Source: Octopus sinensis (Eukaryota). Taken from it: 64,000 bases of DNA. The first letter of the stretch is position 1, and every line of letters begins with the position of its first letter. The notes below the pieces were generated by a model. That model did not search any database, was not told the DNA's origin, and saw only the letters and a program-made list of their open reading frames with translations. Shown here piece by piece: positions 59,921 to 64,000 of this stretch. The translations under genes and the position numbers were made by a program. Location: the NCBI RefSeq assembly GCF_006345805.1, contig NC_043010.1, positions 19,034,001 through 19,098,000 of the forward strand. The letters run 5' to 3'.

Positions 59921-62863
59921 GGAGGGCTTTTTGTTTGTGGTTATTGTGGTGATGATGATGATGGAGAGGTAAGAGTAGGAGGGTGGAAGGAGTGTTGCAG
60001 TTAGGCCACAGGAAGGACAGGTGAGTTGGGAACATTCTAGAAACTGTGGGAATATGACATGGGAATTATTAATTTAGATAATTACAACAAATGGCTGGTT
60101 TGGAGAGGAAATGAGGAAGAAAGAAACAAAGAAACAAACAAAGAAGGAAAAAAAAGAATGAAAAGGAAAAAAGGAAATTTTGTTTTTTTTTAGCTCATGA
60201 TCAATCCTGATCCAGTAGACCTATGATGAAAGATATTCCAACCATGACCATCACGAAACTTATTCAGACACAATCTACCAAGTTCCAGGATGTCTGAGAG
60301 AAGTTTTGCAAAGTGGAACAAAACCAACTTTGAAGCCTTGAAGAGAGATTCTCCGTACAATCCAAAGATTTTGTGAAATTGTGAAATTTTTGTTAATTTT
60401 CTTTTCATAATTAGAGTCCTGCTTCACATTTACAGGGGCCTTCCTCGGTTCCCTAGGCTCCTGGAGCAATGCACCAGCTGACCCATCACCACCACCACCA
60501 TTCTTAATGCACTGACTCTAAACTAATTACCATATGTGTTCTTTCTTTAAGACTGTAGAGTGTAATTAGAGAAAGATTTGACTGGTGTTTCTAGCAGGTC
60601 AAGTATCTACATAGAGTACCCTTCATTAGCTGTACATAAACATCGTTTATTATTTTTTATCCTTTCACTTGTTTCAGTTATTAGACTGTGTCCAGGCTGG
60701 GGCAACACCTTGAAGAATTTTTAGTTGAATAAATTAAATTTGGTACTTTTTTTTTAATTTTTAAACCCTTGTACTTACTCTAATCGGACATTTTGTTGAA
60801 CTGCTAAGTCATGGGAGACGTAAGCACACCAACATTGGTTGTCAAGCAGTGGTGGGGGACAACCCCCCTCCCTTCACATATATATATATGGGGAGGCACA
60901 ATGGCCCAATAGTTAGGAGCAGCAGACTCACGGTCGTAGGATTGTGGTTTTGATTCCCAGACTGGGCGTTGTGAATGTTTATTGAATGAAAACACCTAAA
61001 GCACCACGAGGCTCCGGCAGGGGTTGGTGGCAAACCCTGCTGTACTCTTTCTCTCTTTCTTTCTGTTTCTATGGTATCTGTATTTCAAACACCCAGTCTT
61101 GTCACACTCTGTGTCACGCTGAATCTCCTCGAGAACTACGTTAAGGGTGCATGTATCTGTGGAGTACTCAGCCACTTGCATGTTAATTTCATGAGCAGGC
61201 TGTTCTGTTGATCGGATCAACTGGAACCCTATCGTTGCAACCAACGGAGTGCCATGATGACGTATGTGTGTGTGTGTGTGTAACCATCTAGATGAATCTC
61301 CCAAACCACAGACTTATTAGCGATCTTCAAATTGATTTCAGATTTTAGCACAAAGCCAGCAATTTCAGGGGAGGGGGTAAGCTGATGGCATTGATCCCTA
61401 CCCAGCATTCAAATGGTAATTATTTTATCAAACCCAAAAGGATGACAGGCAAAGTCAACCCTGGTGGTATTTGAACTCAAAATAGAAAACCGAAATAAAT
61501 GCCGCCCAGCATTTCACCCAGCATGTTTAACACTCCTGCTGGCTTTCTGCTCTCTCAGTAGCATTCATATTAATAGTATTTCAAAACAAAAACCGAAAAT
61601 ATCTCATGAAATAAAACATTCATTAACGAAAATGTTACAGACTATTTTTAGTGACCCCTTCAGAATATTCCGCTCAACAGAACTGAGATCAGTGCGGGGT
61701 GGGGTTGAGAGGGTGTTAAAACTAGGAATGTACAATACCATTGACCTACCTTGCAGATCTTTACAAATTTCAGTCAGTTCTGATAGTGTTTTTCGACCCT
61801 CTCTCTTGCCGTCCTTTTTCTCACCTTCTGGTGTGGCTGGTATTTTATTCCCACTCAGATCACTTGTTTCTCAGTGACACATGACCAGTGTAACATGAAC
61901 AGAAAACCTGCAGTTTCCATATCATGTAACCAACATGTGTTAACAATGGTCATACAATATGAGATACATATGTATATATTGTGGTGCACCTGAGCACTGT
62001 ACACAATAATTTCATTATATTATATTATATACATATATATTCATATATAATTAAAAACAAACACACATATAAATATATATATATATATATATATCTGTGG
62101 ATGCGCAATGGCCCAGTGGTTAGGGCAGCGGCCTCGCGGTTTCAGTTCCAAGACCGGGCATTGTGAGTGTTTATTGAGTGGAAACACCGAAAAGCTCCAC
62201 GAGGCTCCGGCAGGGGGTGGTGGCGAACCCTGCTGTACTCTTTCACCACAACTTTCTCTCACTCTTTCTTCTGTTGACCTGCCCGCTTAGCCAGTGGAGT
62301 GGCGTAATTTGAAGGCTAAAACAATGCGAAGCGCATTGTGACCAGCGATGTGTAGCAACTTCTGATAGCCTGGTCGGCCACGATGATCACGGTGATATAT
62401 ATATATGTGTGTGTGTATATATATATTCTTTTATTCTTTTATAAGTTTCAGTCATTTGACTGCGGCCATGCTGGAGCACCGCCTTTAGTCGAGCAAATCG
62501 ACCCCAGGACTTATTCTTCATAAGCCTAGTCTCTCTTGCTGAACTGCTAAGTGACAGGGACACACCAGTGGTTAGAGCAGCGAACTCGCGGTCGGAGGAT
62601 CGCGGTTTCAATTCCCAGACCGGGCGTTGTGTGTTTATTGAAAGAAAACACCTAAAAGCTCCACGAGGCTCCGGCAGGGGGGGTGTGGGTGGCGACACCT
62701 GTTGTACTCTTTCGTCACAACTTTCTCTCATTCTCTCTTCCTGTTTCTTGAGTAATGCTGCTATGGACTGCTGGGGGGAACACAGAAACTAGGAAACTGG
62801 GCCCATGAGCCTGGCTAGGCTTGAAAAGGGCGACGTTTATCGTTAAAGATACACACATATATA

Positions 62864-62907
<44 letters not shown>

Positions 62908-63655
62908 CACACACATGCACAAAGACACATATGCATATATATACACACATGCACACACACACATATATATGTGATTGTCATCATATGTATGCATAAACAG
63001 GTAGATTGAGAGATGGATAGGTAGACGAATGGGCGGACAGACGGATGAGTGGATGGATGGATAGACAGACAGATAGATAGACTGACAGACAGACAGATAG
63101 GCAGGCAGACACACAGACATGCAAGCAGGCAGGTAGAAAGGTAGGCCGGCAGACATACAGACAAACAAACCGATAGACAAACTGACAGACAAACAGGCAG
63201 ACAGACAAATAGATGGATAGATAAATGGATGACCTGAATTGCTGTTTTTGTGATTTTCCTGCAACTGAAGTTGTAGAAGGAACTTAAATAGGATCCGAAA
63301 TGATTTAAGAGACACCAACACAAAACGACTCTAGTAAAACATGACTCAGGCTTAGCAAATAAAAGATAAAAGGGATTATTAAGAGGACAAGCAATGACAA
63401 AATGATTTCTAAATTGTCCAATAGGAAATGATATTGAGATTGATAAGTCTGGAGAAACAGATTCAAGATAGCAGGAACTGAAATATAATGTACAGATAAA
63501 TAATTGTCCTGTTCCAGCCGAGATAAAACCACTAAAAGAACAGTCATCATTGGTAGCTTTCAGTTGCAAAGAAAAGTATTTCATTAAGACATGTGCTCAG
63601 TATTTTGTTTGTCTTTTACTGAGAAACTATGGCGTGTGTGTGTGTATTGATAGAT

Positions 63656-63690
<35 letters not shown>

Positions 63691-63696
63691 CACATT

Positions 63697-63743
<47 letters not shown>

Positions 63744-64000
63744 GTATCTATCAATACACACACACACACACACACACACACATGCTTCATTAAATACACA
63801 GTTATGTTTAAGTTTTATCTTTTTCATATTTTCTAATTAGCCTTTTACAATTGGTTTGGAATGGTAGAGTTCCTAAATCCTTATCTGATATTTCCAGACC
63901 TTCAGTTTCATAATCCATAATTGTATTGGATATATTCGATATTTGTATCGTTTCTTATCGACCGATTGAATTTGTTGAGACAAATTGCTGAGTCAGGCCT

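Noticed and set aside
62715-63584. 289-aa minus-strand ORF and overlapping hydrophobic 81-aa ORF
   Set aside because: More than half is (AGAC)/(TG)/(TA) microsatellite. The unique part has no recognisable motif or clear splice signals.

Overview
AT-rich, repeat-dense, almost entirely non-coding animal genomic DNA with one 100-N gap (29965-30064). The repeat families and microsatellite load suggest an octopod cephalopod; this is inferred from recalled similarity and was not searched. No complete host gene can be built. There are only isolated candidate exons and one promoter-like island (~5.8-7.5 kb), and most long ORFs in the track are microsatellite read-through. The window holds decayed mobile elements: two Penelope-like elements (PLEs, one Naiad-like); RTE, CR1/L2, Dong/R4, L1/Tx1 and HERO/NeSL-type LINE fragments; mariner and pogo remnants; two hAT MITEs with TSDs; and dozens of tRNA-headed SINEs. 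The most notable structure is a set of hammerhead-ribozyme folds, two near-canonical and four variant or degenerate, from several unrelated sequence families. Most sit in or next to inverted repeats embedded in (TA)n tracts at 25-28 kb and 46 kb. Also notable are a 3' hairpin shared by a CR1-type LINE and a SINE family, and a possible divergent promoter with an inverted 13-mer CCAAT pair around a CRE palindrome.
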